Notes: a model not told the origin generated them from the sequence alone. 64,000 nucleotides of DNA from Ardenticatenaceae bacterium (GCA_015491235.1 WFWG01000353.1:1342-65341); one strand, 5' to 3'; counted from the stretch's first letter, positions 43,643-54,113 are shown. Numbers and translations: made by a program.

Positions 43643-44839
43643 ATGGGCACAGAGGCCTTGCGGGACAAAGTCGCGATTATCGGCATGGGGTGCATGCGCT
43701 TCGGCGCGTTGCAGGACAAGAGTTTCGCCGAGCAGGGGCTGGAGGCCGTCAACGAGGCCCTGGCCGACGCCGGAATTGAGAAGGAGCGCATCGAGGCCGC
43801 CTGGCTGGGCACCTTCGACCCCACGGTGGGGGGCAGCTTTCCCGGCTATGCGGGTGACTTCGTGGCCGACATCCTGGGGATGCCTGGCCTGCCGGTGACC
43901 CGCGTGACCAACTACTGCGCCACTGGCATGGACGCCCTGCGCAACGCGGCCATCGCCGTGGCCGCCGGCCTCTACGACGTGGTGTTGGTGCTGGGCAACG
44001 AGAAGATGCGCGACGTGCCCTCGCGGGACAGCCTCATTCGCCAGGTCATGGTGACCGGCCACCCCATCGTGCAGAAGGGGTTGACGGCGCCCGGCCTCTT
44101 CGCCCTCATGGCCCGCCGCCACATGGAGGAGTACGGCACCACCCGCGAGGACCTGGCGCTGGTGGCCGTCAAGAACCACTACAACGGCAACCGCCACCCC
44201 AAGGCCATGTTCCACAAAGAAATCACCGTGGAGGACGTGCTTTCCGCGCCGATGATTAGCGAACCCCTGGGCCTCTACGACTGCACGCCCACCAGCGACG
44301 GTGCCGCGGCCGCCATCCTGTGCCGGGCCGACCTGGCCCCCCAGTTGACCGACGAGTACGTACTCATCGAGGCCATCGAACTGGCCACGGTGAGCGGGGG
44401 ACGGTACGGCCGCCGCCAGGAATCCTTAATTGGCTTCGAGTCCACCCAAATTGCCGCCCGGAGAGCTTATGCGGCTGCCGGCATCACCGACCCGGTGAGC
44501 GCCATAGACGTGGCTGAAGTCCACGACTGTTTCACCATTACCGAAATTCTGAACTACGAGGACCTGGGATTCGTCCCGAAAGGAGAGGGGGCGACCTTTA
44601 TCCGGGAGGGGCGCTCTTCCCTGGAGGGCGATTTGCCCGTCAACCCCAGCGGTGGGCTCAAGTGCTTCGGCCACCCCATTGGGGCCAGCGGCGTCCGCAT
44701 GACGTACATCATCTACGAACAACTTCTTGGGCGTGCCGGCCTCACGCAAGTGTCGGTTGAACGCAACGGGCGCGGCCTGGTCCACAACCTGGGCGGGCCC
44801 GGGTCAGTGTGCGTCGTGGGGTTATACCACTTGCCGTAA
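43643..44839 (+). CDS. thiolase-domain protein (SCP-x / archaeal acetoacetyl-CoA thiolase type)
   Basis: 398 aa: VAIIGMGCMRFG, catalytic Cys in VTNYCATGMDAL, then HDCF and GHPIGASG near the C-terminus. Confidence 0.85.
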   Translation: MGTEALRDKVAIIGMGCMRFGALQDKSFAEQGLEAVNEALADAGIEKERIEAAWLGTFDPTVGGSFPGYAGDFVADILGMPGLPVTRVTNYCATGMDALRNAAIAVAAGLYDVVLVLGNEKMRDVPSRDSLIRQVMVTGHPIVQKGLTAPGLFALMARRHMEEYGTTREDLALVAVKNHYNGNRHPKAMFHKEITVEDVLSAPMISEPLGLYDCTPTSDGAAAAILCRADLAPQLTDEYVLIEAIELATVSGGRYGRRQESLIGFESTQIAARRAYAAAGITDPVSAIDVAEVHDCFTITEILNYEDLGFVPKGEGATFIREGRSSLEGDLPVNPSGGLKCFGHPIGASGVRMTYIIYEQLLGRAGLTQVSVERNGRGLVHNLGGPGSVCVVGLYHLP

Positions 44840-44883
44840 CCGGCAACGAAACGGATGACGAGAGCCTTACCGAAGGTCGTGTG

Positions 44884-45672
44884 ATGTCCAACTCAAATGC
44901 CGAGCATCCCACAGTAGCCCTCGAAGTAGCGGCAGCCAGCGACGTCGGTTTGGTGCGCTCGTCCAACCAGGATGTGGCGCTGGCGTATCTGTCGCCGGAG
45001 ATTCCTTCGCGGGCCTTGCTGCTCGTGGCTGACGGCATGGGCGGACACCTCGCCGGCCATTTGGCCAGTCAGATTGCGGCCCAAACGCTCTTCGCGTATT
45101 TTCAATCCTTCCTCGACGGGGTAACCCGCGGAGAAGAAGACCTCACCCTCTCAGAGCAACTCGAACAGGCCATCAAGGCGGCTAACAGGGCCATACGCCA
45201 ATACGCTTGCGAGCACCCGGAGGAGGCCGGTGACATGGGCAGCACCCTCACGTGTGCCCTGATTGACGGAAACGTGGCCATTATCGCCAACGTGGGCGAC
45301 AGCCGGGCATATCACTTCTCCCAAGGAACGTTGCACCAGGTGTCGCAGGACCACTCGCTGGTTGCCGAACTCATTCGCGAGGGCGAACTGCCAGCCGAGG
45401 CACTGCTCTTCCATCCCCAGCGAAATGTCATCACCAGAGCTCTGGGTGTGGAAGAGGATGTTCAGCCTGACATCTGGGTGCGGCCCATTTCTTCTGGCGA
45501 TTGGCTTTTGTTGTGCAGCGATGGACTGTGGGAAATGGTGCCCGAATCCCTTATGACCCACGTCCTGACTACGTCCTTGGAGGCTGGCTTGGCTGTTGGG
45601 CGGTTGCTCCAAGCGGCCAACGAGCGAGGCGGGGTTGACAACATCGGCGTGGCTGTGGCCCGTGTCTGGTAA
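44884..45672 (+). CDS. PP2C-family Ser/Thr protein phosphatase
   Basis: AAASDVGLVRSSNQD, VADGMGGHLAG, ANVGDSRAY, LCSDGLW and GGVDNIGV motifs. Confidence 0.85.
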   Translation: MSNSNAEHPTVALEVAAASDVGLVRSSNQDVALAYLSPEIPSRALLLVADGMGGHLAGHLASQIAAQTLFAYFQSFLDGVTRGEEDLTLSEQLEQAIKAANRAIRQYACEHPEEAGDMGSTLTCALIDGNVAIIANVGDSRAYHFSQGTLHQVSQDHSLVAELIREGELPAEALLFHPQRNVITRALGVEEDVQPDIWVRPISSGDWLLLCSDGLWEMVPESLMTHVLTTSLEAGLAVGRLLQAANERGGVDNIGVAVARVW

Positions 45673-45688
45673 AGTACCTCTTCCACGT

Positions 45689-47365
45689 GTGGTGAACGCG
45701 CGGCCGCGGATAACATGGGCCGCGCCACTGCTGCTCCTGATCCTCGGCCTGAGCGCCTGGACGCGCTGGCTCCACATTCGTCCTCTGGTGTTGCCCGCCT
45801 GGGTGGACTCCGTCCACCACGTGATGATCGTGCGCCTGCTGCTGGAGCACCGCGGCCTGCCCGCCACCTACGAGCCGTTCATCCCCGAAGGGCGCTTCTT
45901 CTACCACTGGGGCTACCACGCCCTCGTCGCTCTGGTGGCCTGGCTCCTCGACCAGCGCGATGCCTTCCAGGTGGCGCGCCTTGTGCTGGTCTTGGGCCAG
46001 GTGCTCAACGCGCTGACCCCTCTGCCCGTGTATTTGGCCGGCCGAGAACTCTTCAGCAGCCGGCGCGCGGGCCTCCACGCGGCCACCTTGGCGGCCCTGG
46101 TCTCCTGGATGCCGGCCTACTACGTCTCCTGGGGGCGGTACACCCACTTGCTGGGCACCCTTATTTTGCCCTTCTTTGCCATCTCCCTCTGGCGGCTGGC
46201 CCAGCGCCCCTCGCGGCGCCGCTGGCTTCTCACCGTCCTGTGGGGTGTAGTGCTCTTCCTGGTTCACGTGCGGGTGGCCTTCTTCGGCTTGACGCTGACC
46301 CTCGTGCTGGCCGGCTGGCTGGCCGTCCGCCGGGCGTGGCGGGCACTGGGGTACTGGGTGACGGCCGGCGCGGCCACCGCGTTTCTGCTTTCGCCTTGGA
46401 TATGGTATATTTTGCGGGTGCCCACCGTGTACCGTATCGCTACGATGCCGCCCTCCTCCAACAAGGCGTGGGCCGCCTACAACACCGTGCCGTGGGGGTT
46501 GGTGTGGGTGCCCCACAACCGCGAGTTGCTGGCGTTGGCCACGGGCGGGCTGAGTGGCGTGCTGGGATGGGGAGAGGCGCCGCCTGAGCTACGGGCTGCC
46601 TCCGTCGCCTGGCTCGTAGGGGTGCTGGTGTTGGCCTGGAAGAAGCCGCGCACTGCGCGGCGGTATGCATTTCCCATTCTGGGTGTCTTGTTGCCCTGGT
46701 GCCTGGTGACCGCGTTCCTTGTCAACCTGGAAGACGTGGGCCTCTTTCCGCTGCGCTTCGTCCACAACGGCGCGGCCGTCATCACGCTCTTCCTGCCCCT
46801 GAGCCTGGGCACGGCCGGATGGGTGGCCTTCGTCACCGGCGTGCTGGTGCCCCGGCAGTGGCAGCGCCCGGTTACAGCCCTGCTGGTGGTGACCGTGGGC
46901 GCGTGGGGGGCGTGGTCCATGCGCTCGGTCGTCAACCCGGTCACCGTGCTGGCCGAACCGGCCGACGTGCAGGCCATGCGCTGGATTCGGGACATGGTGC
47001 CGCCGGACGCTGTTTTTGCCGTGAACGCCTGGCGCTGGCAGGGCAACACTTACGCCGGGCAGGACGGTGGCTACTGGATTCAGGTGCTCACTGACCGGCG
47101 CACCATTTTGCCGCCCGCCCTCTACAGCGTGGCCGCGCCGCGCGAGACGGTGCGACGCATCAACGCGCTGCTGGAGGTCTGGTCCCAGGCCGACTCGCTG
47201 GACGACCCGCGCCTGCGGGACATGTTGCGAGCGCGGGGCGTCACGCACATCTACATCGGCGCCAAGGGCGGACACATGAGGCCCGAAAAGTTGCTCGGCC
47301 GCCCCTACGTGCGGCTGATTTACGAAAATAGCGGCGTCTACATTTTCGAGTTGACGGACGAATGA
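45689..47365 (+). CDS. polytopic membrane protein, GT-C-like glycosyltransferase candidate
   Basis: A GTG start (45689 or 45692) is chosen to clear the phosphatase stop. An early loop reads WVDSVHHVMIVRLLLE...FFYHWGYH. There are more than 10 TM helices and a C-terminal soluble domain ending in GVYIFEL. Confidence 0.5.
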   Translation: MVNARPRITWAAPLLLLILGLSAWTRWLHIRPLVLPAWVDSVHHVMIVRLLLEHRGLPATYEPFIPEGRFFYHWGYHALVALVAWLLDQRDAFQVARLVLVLGQVLNALTPLPVYLAGRELFSSRRAGLHAATLAALVSWMPAYYVSWGRYTHLLGTLILPFFAISLWRLAQRPSRRRWLLTVLWGVVLFLVHVRVAFFGLTLTLVLAGWLAVRRAWRALGYWVTAGAATAFLLSPWIWYILRVPTVYRIATMPPSSNKAWAAYNTVPWGLVWVPHNRELLALATGGLSGVLGWGEAPPELRAASVAWLVGVLVLAWKKPRTARRYAFPILGVLLPWCLVTAFLVNLEDVGLFPLRFVHNGAAVITLFLPLSLGTAGWVAFVTGVLVPRQWQRPVTALLVVTVGAWGAWSMRSVVNPVTVLAEPADVQAMRWIRDMVPPDAVFAVNAWRWQGNTYAGQDGGYWIQVLTDRRTILPPALYSVAAPRETVRRINALLEVWSQADSLDDPRLRDMLRARGVTHIYIGAKGGHMRPEKLLGRPYVRLIYENSGVYIFELTDE

Positions 47366-49761
47366 GCACACAGCGTATTTCCGACCCCAAATCGGCCGAA
47401 ACGCTGGAGTTGCCCAAGATCCTCCAGCGGCTGGCGAAACACACGGCTTTCTCGGCCGGGCGGGAGTTGGCCTTGAGGCTGACGCCCAGCACCGACCCCG
47501 AGGAGGTACAGCGCCGTCTTCAGCTCACAGCCGAGGCCAAACACCTGCTGGCCACTCGCCCACAGGCGACCATCGGCGGCGCGCGGGATGTGCGCCCCCT
47601 GGTTGTGCAGGCCAAAAAGGGGGGCGTGCTCCAGCCGCGCGACCTGCTGGACATCCGCCAGACGCTCCAGGCGGCCCGACAACTCCGCAACCTGATCCTG
47701 CGGGGGCGCGACGAGTTTCCCGCCCTCGCCCGCGTGGCCGACCGCATCGAGCCGTGTCGGGCGCTGGTTGAGGCTATTGAGGAGGCCATCGGTGACGACG
47801 GCGAGGTGAAGGACACGGCCAGCCCCCAACTCCAGCAGATCCGCCGCGATCTGGCCACCACCCACGACCGCCTGCTGGAAAAGCTCCAGCGGATCATCTC
47901 GGACCCCCGAAACCAGCCCTGGTTGCAGGAGCCCATCATTACCCAGCGGGCCGGGCGGTACGTGATTCCCGTCAAGGTGGAGCACAAGGGACGCATCCAG
48001 GGCATCGTCCACGACCAGTCTGCCTCGGGAGCCACCGTTTTCGTGGAGCCACTGGCCACGCTGGAGCTCAACAACCGCTGGCGCGAACTGCAACTGGCCG
48101 AGGAGCGCGAAGTCGAACGGGTGCTGCGCGAACTGAGCGCGCTGGTGGCCGAGAACGGCGACGAGATCGTCTGGACGGTGGAGGCGCTGGCCGAACTGGA
48201 CCTGCACATGGCTAAGGCCGAATACGCCTTCGAGTTGAAGGCCGCCCAGCCGGAACTCACCTCGCCGCTCGACCGCAAGGGAGAAAAGCCCTACTTGCTG
48301 TTGCGCCAGGCTCGCCACCCCCTCATTGACCCGCAGCAGGTGGTGCCCATTGACGTCTGGCTGGGTCCCGACTTCCACGCGCTGGTCATCACTGGGCCCA
48401 ACACGGGCGGCAAAACGGTCACCCTGAAGACGGTGGGCCTGCTCTGCCTGATGACCATGTGCGGCCTGCACATTCCGGCTGGCGACGGTTCCCGTGTGCC
48501 CATCTTCGACAACGTCTTTGCCGACATCGGCGACGAGCAGAGCATCGAGCAGAGCCTCTCCACCTTCTCGTCCCACATGACCAACATCATTCGCATCCTG
48601 GAGCAGGCCACCCGCCGCTCACTGGTGCTCATTGACGAAATCGGCGCCGGCACCGACCCGGTGGAGGGGGCTGCGCTGGCGCGCGCCATCCTCTCCTACC
48701 TGGTGGAACGGGCGATCAGCACCATCGTCGCCACCCACTACTCCGAACTCAAAATCTGGGCCCACAACACGCCGGGCGTGCAGAACGCCAGTGTGGAGTT
48801 CGACCTGGAAACCTTGCGGCCCACCTATCGGCTCCTCATTGGCCTGCCGGGGCGCTCCAACGCGCTCCACATCGCCGAGCGCCTGGGGCTGAACCCGGAA
48901 ATTGTGCAGCGAGCCCGGCAGCTCCTCTCGCACCAGGACCTGGAGTTGGAATCGTTGCTGGCCGACATCCGCGTGGCCCGCGAGCGGGCCGAGCAGGAAG
49001 CCCGTGAGGCCGAGCACGCTCGCCGCGAGGCGGAAACCCTCAGACAGCAGTTGGAGGAACGGCTGACCCGCATCGAAGAGGAGCGGGCAGAAGTGCTGAA
49101 CCAGGCCCGCCAGGAAGCCCGCGCAGAACTGGAAGAGGTGCGCGCCCTGCTGCGCTCCGTGAAGCGGCGGCTGGAGCGGTATGGCCAGCAGGTGGCCGAG
49201 TTGACCACCCTGCGGGACGAGTTGCGGCGCATCGAAAAGGAGCACCTGGCGCCCGCGCGCCCGCCCGCGCCGAAAATTAAGGAGGAGAGCGCCACGCCGG
49301 AAGCTCCCCTCCAGGTGGGGGACCGCGTCTGGGTGCCCGCGCTGGGGCGCACGGCCGAAGTGGTGGCCCTGTACGGCGACGAAGCCGAAGTGGCAGCTGG
49401 CCCCCTGCGCCTGCGCGCCCGCGTGGCGGAACTGGAACGACGGCCCGAGGAGAAGCCGTCGCCCCCGCGTCTGCCCCCCGGCGTGCGGGTGATGCGCCGG
49501 CAAGGGGCGCGGCCCGCGCGGGAACTCGACCTGCGCGGCATGACCGTGGAGGAAGCCCTTCCCACGCTCGAAAAGTACCTGGACGACGCCTACATGGCCG
49601 GCCTCTCGCCCGTGCGCATCGTTCACGGCAAGGGAACCGGCGCCCTGCGCCGAGCCGTGCGGGAGGCGTTGCGCCAGCACCCGCTGGTGGCCTCCTTCCG
49701 GCCGGGCGACCAACACGAGGGCGGCGATGGCGTCACGGTGGTCGAGTTGGCATTGCGTTGA
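47362..49761 (+). CDS. mutS2: endonuclease MutS2 (MutS domain plus C-terminal Smr)
   Basis: 799 aa: Walker A GPNTGGKT, DEIGAGTDP, a long coiled-coil region, and a C-terminal Smr domain (LDLRGMTVEEA...IVHGKGTGALR). Confidence 0.9.
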   Translation: MSTQRISDPKSAETLELPKILQRLAKHTAFSAGRELALRLTPSTDPEEVQRRLQLTAEAKHLLATRPQATIGGARDVRPLVVQAKKGGVLQPRDLLDIRQTLQAARQLRNLILRGRDEFPALARVADRIEPCRALVEAIEEAIGDDGEVKDTASPQLQQIRRDLATTHDRLLEKLQRIISDPRNQPWLQEPIITQRAGRYVIPVKVEHKGRIQGIVHDQSASGATVFVEPLATLELNNRWRELQLAEEREVERVLRELSALVAENGDEIVWTVEALAELDLHMAKAEYAFELKAAQPELTSPLDRKGEKPYLLLRQARHPLIDPQQVVPIDVWLGPDFHALVITGPNTGGKTVTLKTVGLLCLMTMCGLHIPAGDGSRVPIFDNVFADIGDEQSIEQSLSTFSSHMTNIIRILEQATRRSLVLIDEIGAGTDPVEGAALARAILSYLVERAISTIVATHYSELKIWAHNTPGVQNASVEFDLETLRPTYRLLIGLPGRSNALHIAERLGLNPEIVQRARQLLSHQDLELESLLADIRVARERAEQEAREAEHARREAETLRQQLEERLTRIEEERAEVLNQARQEARAELEEVRALLRSVKRRLERYGQQVAELTTLRDELRRIEKEHLAPARPPAPKIKEESATPEAPLQVGDRVWVPALGRTAEVVALYGDEAEVAAGPLRLRARVAELERRPEEKPSPPRLPPGVRVMRRQGARPARELDLRGMTVEEALPTLEKYLDDAYMAGLSPVRIVHGKGTGALRRAVREALRQHPLVASFRPGDQHEGGDGVTVVELALR

Positions 49762-49779
49762 ACTGTGAGGGGGTGACCT

Positions 49780-50352
49780 GTGTTTACTTGGCCGCTGGGA
49801 GATGGCATCGAGTTGCGTTTGCTGCTGCTTCAGGACGCACCCCTCATTTTTGAAGCCGTAGACCGCAACCGTGACCACCTGCGCCCCTGGCTCACCTGGG
49901 TGGACGAAACGCGCTCACCGGAGGACTCGCGGGCGTACATTCAGCGGTGTTACCGCGAGATGGCCGAGGGACGCGAATTCACGGCCGCCATCTGGGTGGA
50001 GAACACTTTCGCCGGCCTCATTGACATTCACAATATTCACGCCGAGAACCGCGTGGGCGAAGTGGGCTACTGGCTGGACAAAGCCTTCACCGGCCGGGGC
50101 GTGATGACCCGCGCGTGTCGGGCCATCGTGGACTTCGGCTTCGAGCGCCTGCACCTCAACCGCATCGAGGTTCACTGCGCCGTGGAGAACCGGCGCAGTT
50201 GCGCCATACCGGAACGCCTGGGCTTCACGCGCGAGAGCGTGCGCCGACAGAGCGTTTGGCTTTACGACCGGTTTGTGGACATGGCCGTGTACGTCATGTT
50301 GGCCGAAACCTGGCGAAAAAAGAAGTTGCACGAGGAGGTGCCAGATGTTTGA
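49780..50352 (+). CDS. GNAT N-acetyltransferase (RimJ/RimL-like)
   Basis: 190 aa with a GTG start. LRPWLTWVD, GYWLDKAFTGRGVMTRA and NRRSCAIPERLGF are typical of the ribosomal-protein acetyltransferase subgroup. Confidence 0.8.
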   Translation: MFTWPLGDGIELRLLLLQDAPLIFEAVDRNRDHLRPWLTWVDETRSPEDSRAYIQRCYREMAEGREFTAAIWVENTFAGLIDIHNIHAENRVGEVGYWLDKAFTGRGVMTRACRAIVDFGFERLHLNRIEVHCAVENRRSCAIPERLGFTRESVRRQSVWLYDRFVDMAVYVMLAETWRKKKLHEEVPDV

Positions 50353-52060
50353 TTTGCCGCGCAACCCTGACGTTTTTCTCAACTGGACGTGGGACGACAT
50401 TGCGCCCTACTACGCGGATTTGCAAGCTCGCGAGTTAAACGCGGGGACATTGGACGAGTGGCTGGCCGACTGGTCCAGCCTGGACGAACATGTCTTTGAA
50501 ATCTACGCGCGCCTCTACGTCGCCACGACCCTTGACACCGCCGACAAAGAGGCCGAGGGGCGCTACAAGTCGTTCCTCGAGAACGTGCTGCCCAACGTTC
50601 AGCTTGCCGAACAGGAACTCAAGCGCAAGCTGTTGGAAAGCGGACTGCGGCCGGCCAACTTCGATCTGCCCCTGAAGCGCATGGAAGCTCAGGTGCGCAT
50701 CTTCCGCACGGAGAACATCCCCCTCCTGGTCGAAGAACGACACCTGACCAACGAGTACAACAAGATTACCGGCGCCCAGACGGTGGAGTGGGAGGGCGAG
50801 GAGCGCACCCTGCCCCAAATGCGCCCGTTGCTCGAGGAGCCAGACCGCCAGACCCGCGAGCGAGCCTGGCGCCTGATGATGGAGCGCCAACTCGCCGACC
50901 GCGAGGCACTGAACGAGCTGTGGCAGAAGCTCCTGGACGTGCGCGTGCGCCAGGCGCAGAACGCCGGCTTCGCCACCTACCGCGACTTCCGCTGGCAGGC
51001 TATGGCCCGCTTCGACTACACGCCGGAGGATTGCCGCACCTTCCACAAGGCCATCGAGGCGGTGGTGGTGCCAGCCGCCCGGCGCCTCTACGAGCGTCGC
51101 CGCCAGCTTCTGGGCGTGGAATCGCTGCGCCCCTGGGACCTGGACGTGGACCCTGAAGGGCGTCCCCCGCTGCGCCCCTTTGCGACCGAGGAGGATTTCA
51201 CGGAGACGGCCGGCCGCATTTTCCACAGCGTGGACGAAAGGCTGGGCGGCTATTTCGACATCATGCGAAGTGAGGGCTACTTGGACCTGGCCAACCGGAA
51301 GGGCAAAGCCCCCGGCGGATACTGCATGACCTATCCGGTCACCCGTCGCCCCTTCATCTTTATGAACGCCGTGGGCTTGCAGGACGACGTGCGCACCCTC
51401 ATGCACGAGGCAGGCCACGCCTTCCACTCCTTTGAGGCGATGGCCCTGCCCTACGTTCACCAGCGCGAGGTGGGCATGGAGTTCGCCGAGGTGGCCTCGA
51501 TGGCGATGGAGTTGCTCTCGTCCCCCTACTGGCGCCAGGACGCCGGCGGCTTCTACGGGCCGGCCGACTACGCCCGCGCCCGCATCGAACACCTGGAGAG
51601 CATCGTGCGCTTCTGGCCCTACATGGCCGTGGTGGACGCTTTCCAACACTGGGTCTACGAGAACCCCGACGAGGCCCGTGACCCGGCAGCCTGTGACGCG
51701 ACGTGGGGCGCGCTGTGGGACCGCTTCATGCAGGGGGTGGACTGGAGCGGGTTAGAAGAGTTCAAAGTCACGGGCTGGCACCGCAAGCTACACATCTTCG
51801 AGATACCGCTCTACTACGTGGAGTACGGCTTGGCCCAACTCGGAGCTGTGCAGGTGTGGAACAACGCCCTGAAGGACCAGGCTGAGGCCGTGCGCCGGTA
51901 CCGGGCTGCCCTGGCCCTGGGGGGCACGCGCTCCCTGCCCGAGTTGTACGCCACGGCCGGCGCTGCCTTCGCCTTTGACGTCGAAACGATGCGGCGCGCT
52001 GTGGACTTGATCGAAACCCAATTGGAGCACCTTTACGCCCAATTGGCGCCAGTAGCCTGA
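50345..52060 (+). CDS. pepF: M3B oligoendopeptidase F family
   Basis: ATG 50345 overlaps the GNAT stop. The zinc motif HEAGHAFH is present. About 571 aa. Confidence 0.85.
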   Translation: MFDLPRNPDVFLNWTWDDIAPYYADLQARELNAGTLDEWLADWSSLDEHVFEIYARLYVATTLDTADKEAEGRYKSFLENVLPNVQLAEQELKRKLLESGLRPANFDLPLKRMEAQVRIFRTENIPLLVEERHLTNEYNKITGAQTVEWEGEERTLPQMRPLLEEPDRQTRERAWRLMMERQLADREALNELWQKLLDVRVRQAQNAGFATYRDFRWQAMARFDYTPEDCRTFHKAIEAVVVPAARRLYERRRQLLGVESLRPWDLDVDPEGRPPLRPFATEEDFTETAGRIFHSVDERLGGYFDIMRSEGYLDLANRKGKAPGGYCMTYPVTRRPFIFMNAVGLQDDVRTLMHEAGHAFHSFEAMALPYVHQREVGMEFAEVASMAMELLSSPYWRQDAGGFYGPADYARARIEHLESIVRFWPYMAVVDAFQHWVYENPDEARDPAACDATWGALWDRFMQGVDWSGLEEFKVTGWHRKLHIFEIPLYYVEYGLAQLGAVQVWNNALKDQAEAVRRYRAALALGGTRSLPELYATAGAAFAFDVETMRRAVDLIETQLEHLYAQLAPVA

Positions 52061-52671
52061 AGCCCCCTCACGAAATCCCGCTTGCCGCCGTGGGCCGGGT
52101 GGCGCACGGCGTGATGGGGAAGACCGAGCTGCTGAAGCACCTTGGCGGCCGTCCGGCCCACGGCAACAATGTGCTGAATGCCAAACAACTCGACCAGTTG
52201 CAGCAGAAACGGGACGCCCAACTCGATTTCGGCAGCGCGAGGGCGCCGGTTCGACCAGGGTTGACCCGGCTGGTGAGGGTGGAAGGGCACGATGTTCCAG
52301 AGAAGAGGCAAGCGTGGCAGCGCGGTGATCGCCTCCCACACGATTGTGGCCGTCTGCTCTCGGGCCGGTCGCGGCCACTCGGCCGTCTTCCGGTAGCCCT
52401 GTGCCTTGCCCAGCACCCCGTGGGCGGGAATCCCCGCCAGCATGATGGCCTCGCTGGTAAACGGGATACCGCTCAGGCGACATCCCCGGTAGCCCGGCGC
52501 CTCCCCCACCAGCAACACCTCGGGGGAGCGGGATGCCATTTCTTCCAGGTAGCGTCGCAAGTTCGCCCGCCGTACCGCGTTGTGGGGCGAACTAGGCGCG
52601 TACTGGTTGAACAGGTGAGCTGGCACCTGGGTGGTCGCCAAGGCGTGGACGAAAGCAGAAATTGTGGACAT
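52033..52671 (-). CDS. uracil-DNA glycosylase superfamily protein (family 4/5-like)
   Basis: 212 aa: LVGEAPGYRG motif A and a C-terminal HPAHGG-type motif B. It converges with pepF and overlaps it by 28 nt. Confidence 0.7.
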   Translation of the reverse strand: MSTISAFVHALATTQVPAHLFNQYAPSSPHNAVRRANLRRYLEEMASRSPEVLLVGEAPGYRGCRLSGIPFTSEAIMLAGIPAHGVLGKAQGYRKTAEWPRPAREQTATIVWEAITALPRLPLLWNIVPFHPHQPGQPWSNRRPRAAEIELGVPFLLQLVELFGIQHIVAVGRTAAKVLQQLGLPHHAVRHPAHGGKRDFVRGLQATGANWA

Positions 52672-52778
52672 CGCAAACCTTCGATACGACGGCGTTCAGT
52701 TCAACGTTTGGCGAACGGCGTTGTGCGGTGAACGTCCGCAAAGGTGCGACGCACTTCGGGAGCGCGTCGCACCTCCTG

Positions 52779-53945
52779 TTATTCGATCAAGTGACGCCGT
52801 GTCTCGTCGCGGTGCTTCTTGAGGAAGGGCATGAAGGGAGTACCGCCTGTGCCGACCTCGGTGGAGTTTCCGCTTCCTCGCTGGGCCTGGCGTTGAACGT
52901 AGAGGGCGGCAAATTCCAGGTGTTTCTGCCGGAAGTGTTCCAAGGCCACGATGCACGCGTTGTAGGCTTCCCGCAAGGGCGGATGGCGGCGGTGGTGTTC
53001 AAGCACATACGCCCGGATTGATGGCCCTTCCTCCACGGCGGCGATAAAGGCCCGGTGCGCAGGCGGCATGTAAGCTCGCATTTCGAGCAAGTAGGGACGC
53101 AGGGGGTCATCGGCGTGCGCCACGCCCAAGGCCGCGTCAATAGCCGGAATCGTGGCCGTCTGCGCTCCGCTTCCGCCCCGGAACTGTTGCGGCTTTCCGC
53201 CGTAAGCCTCTACCCCTTGGTACACGATGCCATCCGGCAGGGCTGGGTTGTTCTTCCAGCCGTTCAAGTAGGGCCGCACCCGGTTGTAGTAAATGTACGG
53301 ATCGCACCGCTCCGGCATACGCTCGAGCACCTGCGTCATGGCGGCGAGCCCCTGGGCCATAGACTCCAGGTGAGTGACCAGAACGTCCGCCTGGTCTTCC
53401 GAAACGGCCTGCTGGGCTGGTCCGATAGCGGCCAGAACTTGGCCGGCGACGGCTTCCAGGTTCACGTGAACCAGCACGAACCACTCCTCGTCAAGGCCGC
53501 CCACAAAGTTCTGGAGCACGACGATGTTGCCCAGCGCAATCGGGCCTGCCGGGTCCAGCCGCCGCCAGTTGGTGAGCACGTACGATTGATACGAAAGCAC
53601 TGGCGGGCGTCCCAGCCGGGTAGCTACCGCGTGCCATGGAACGGCGATGCTGGGGGGCAAAACAGTGGCTGGCGGTGATTCGGCCCAGACATACGCGTGT
53701 CCGAAGAACGAGAGCAACAACATGGCCCGTTCCAGCTCCGCCTCTGTCTGGAGGGGGCTGGTCTCGAGGAGGGGCATCTCCTCCAGGGAGGCCCGCACCT
53801 TTTCAGCCACAATGAGTTTGGGGAGCTCATGTCCCAACTCTTCCCACACGTCGAACTCGGCGGGCAGGTGAGAGAGGGGATCGGGCATGGGCAGAAAGCC
53901 ACGTTCGGCAATAGCGGGCGGGGAGCCTACCTCGAGTATGCTCAT
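52779..53945 (-). CDS. indoleamine 2,3-dioxygenase (IDO) family haem dioxygenase
   Basis: Start MSILEV (ATG 53943-53945, after GGAGGTG). GGSGAQTATIPAIDAALGV, MRAYMPPAHRAFI and LEHFRQKHLEF parallel the GGSAGQ, MRDYMPPAHRNF and proximal-His segments of eukaryotic IDO. Confidence 0.8.
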   Translation of the reverse strand: MSILEVGSPPAIAERGFLPMPDPLSHLPAEFDVWEELGHELPKLIVAEKVRASLEEMPLLETSPLQTEAELERAMLLLSFFGHAYVWAESPPATVLPPSIAVPWHAVATRLGRPPVLSYQSYVLTNWRRLDPAGPIALGNIVVLQNFVGGLDEEWFVLVHVNLEAVAGQVLAAIGPAQQAVSEDQADVLVTHLESMAQGLAAMTQVLERMPERCDPYIYYNRVRPYLNGWKNNPALPDGIVYQGVEAYGGKPQQFRGGSGAQTATIPAIDAALGVAHADDPLRPYLLEMRAYMPPAHRAFIAAVEEGPSIRAYVLEHHRRHPPLREAYNACIVALEHFRQKHLEFAALYVQRQAQRGSGNSTEVGTGGTPFMPFLKKHRDETRRHLIE

Positions 53946-54113
53946 GGTTGCACCTCCGCAACACGTGCAAGGGGACGGTGGACCGGTTTTTCCGATAACG
54001 CCGCCAGCCCTGAAACAGCGCACCCCAGTTGGACCGGCGAGCAGAGGAACGTTTTTCCCCGCGCGCAGACGGTTGTTGAGGTGTTGGCTCAGCGCACGGC
54101 GGAGTTGTGGTAT

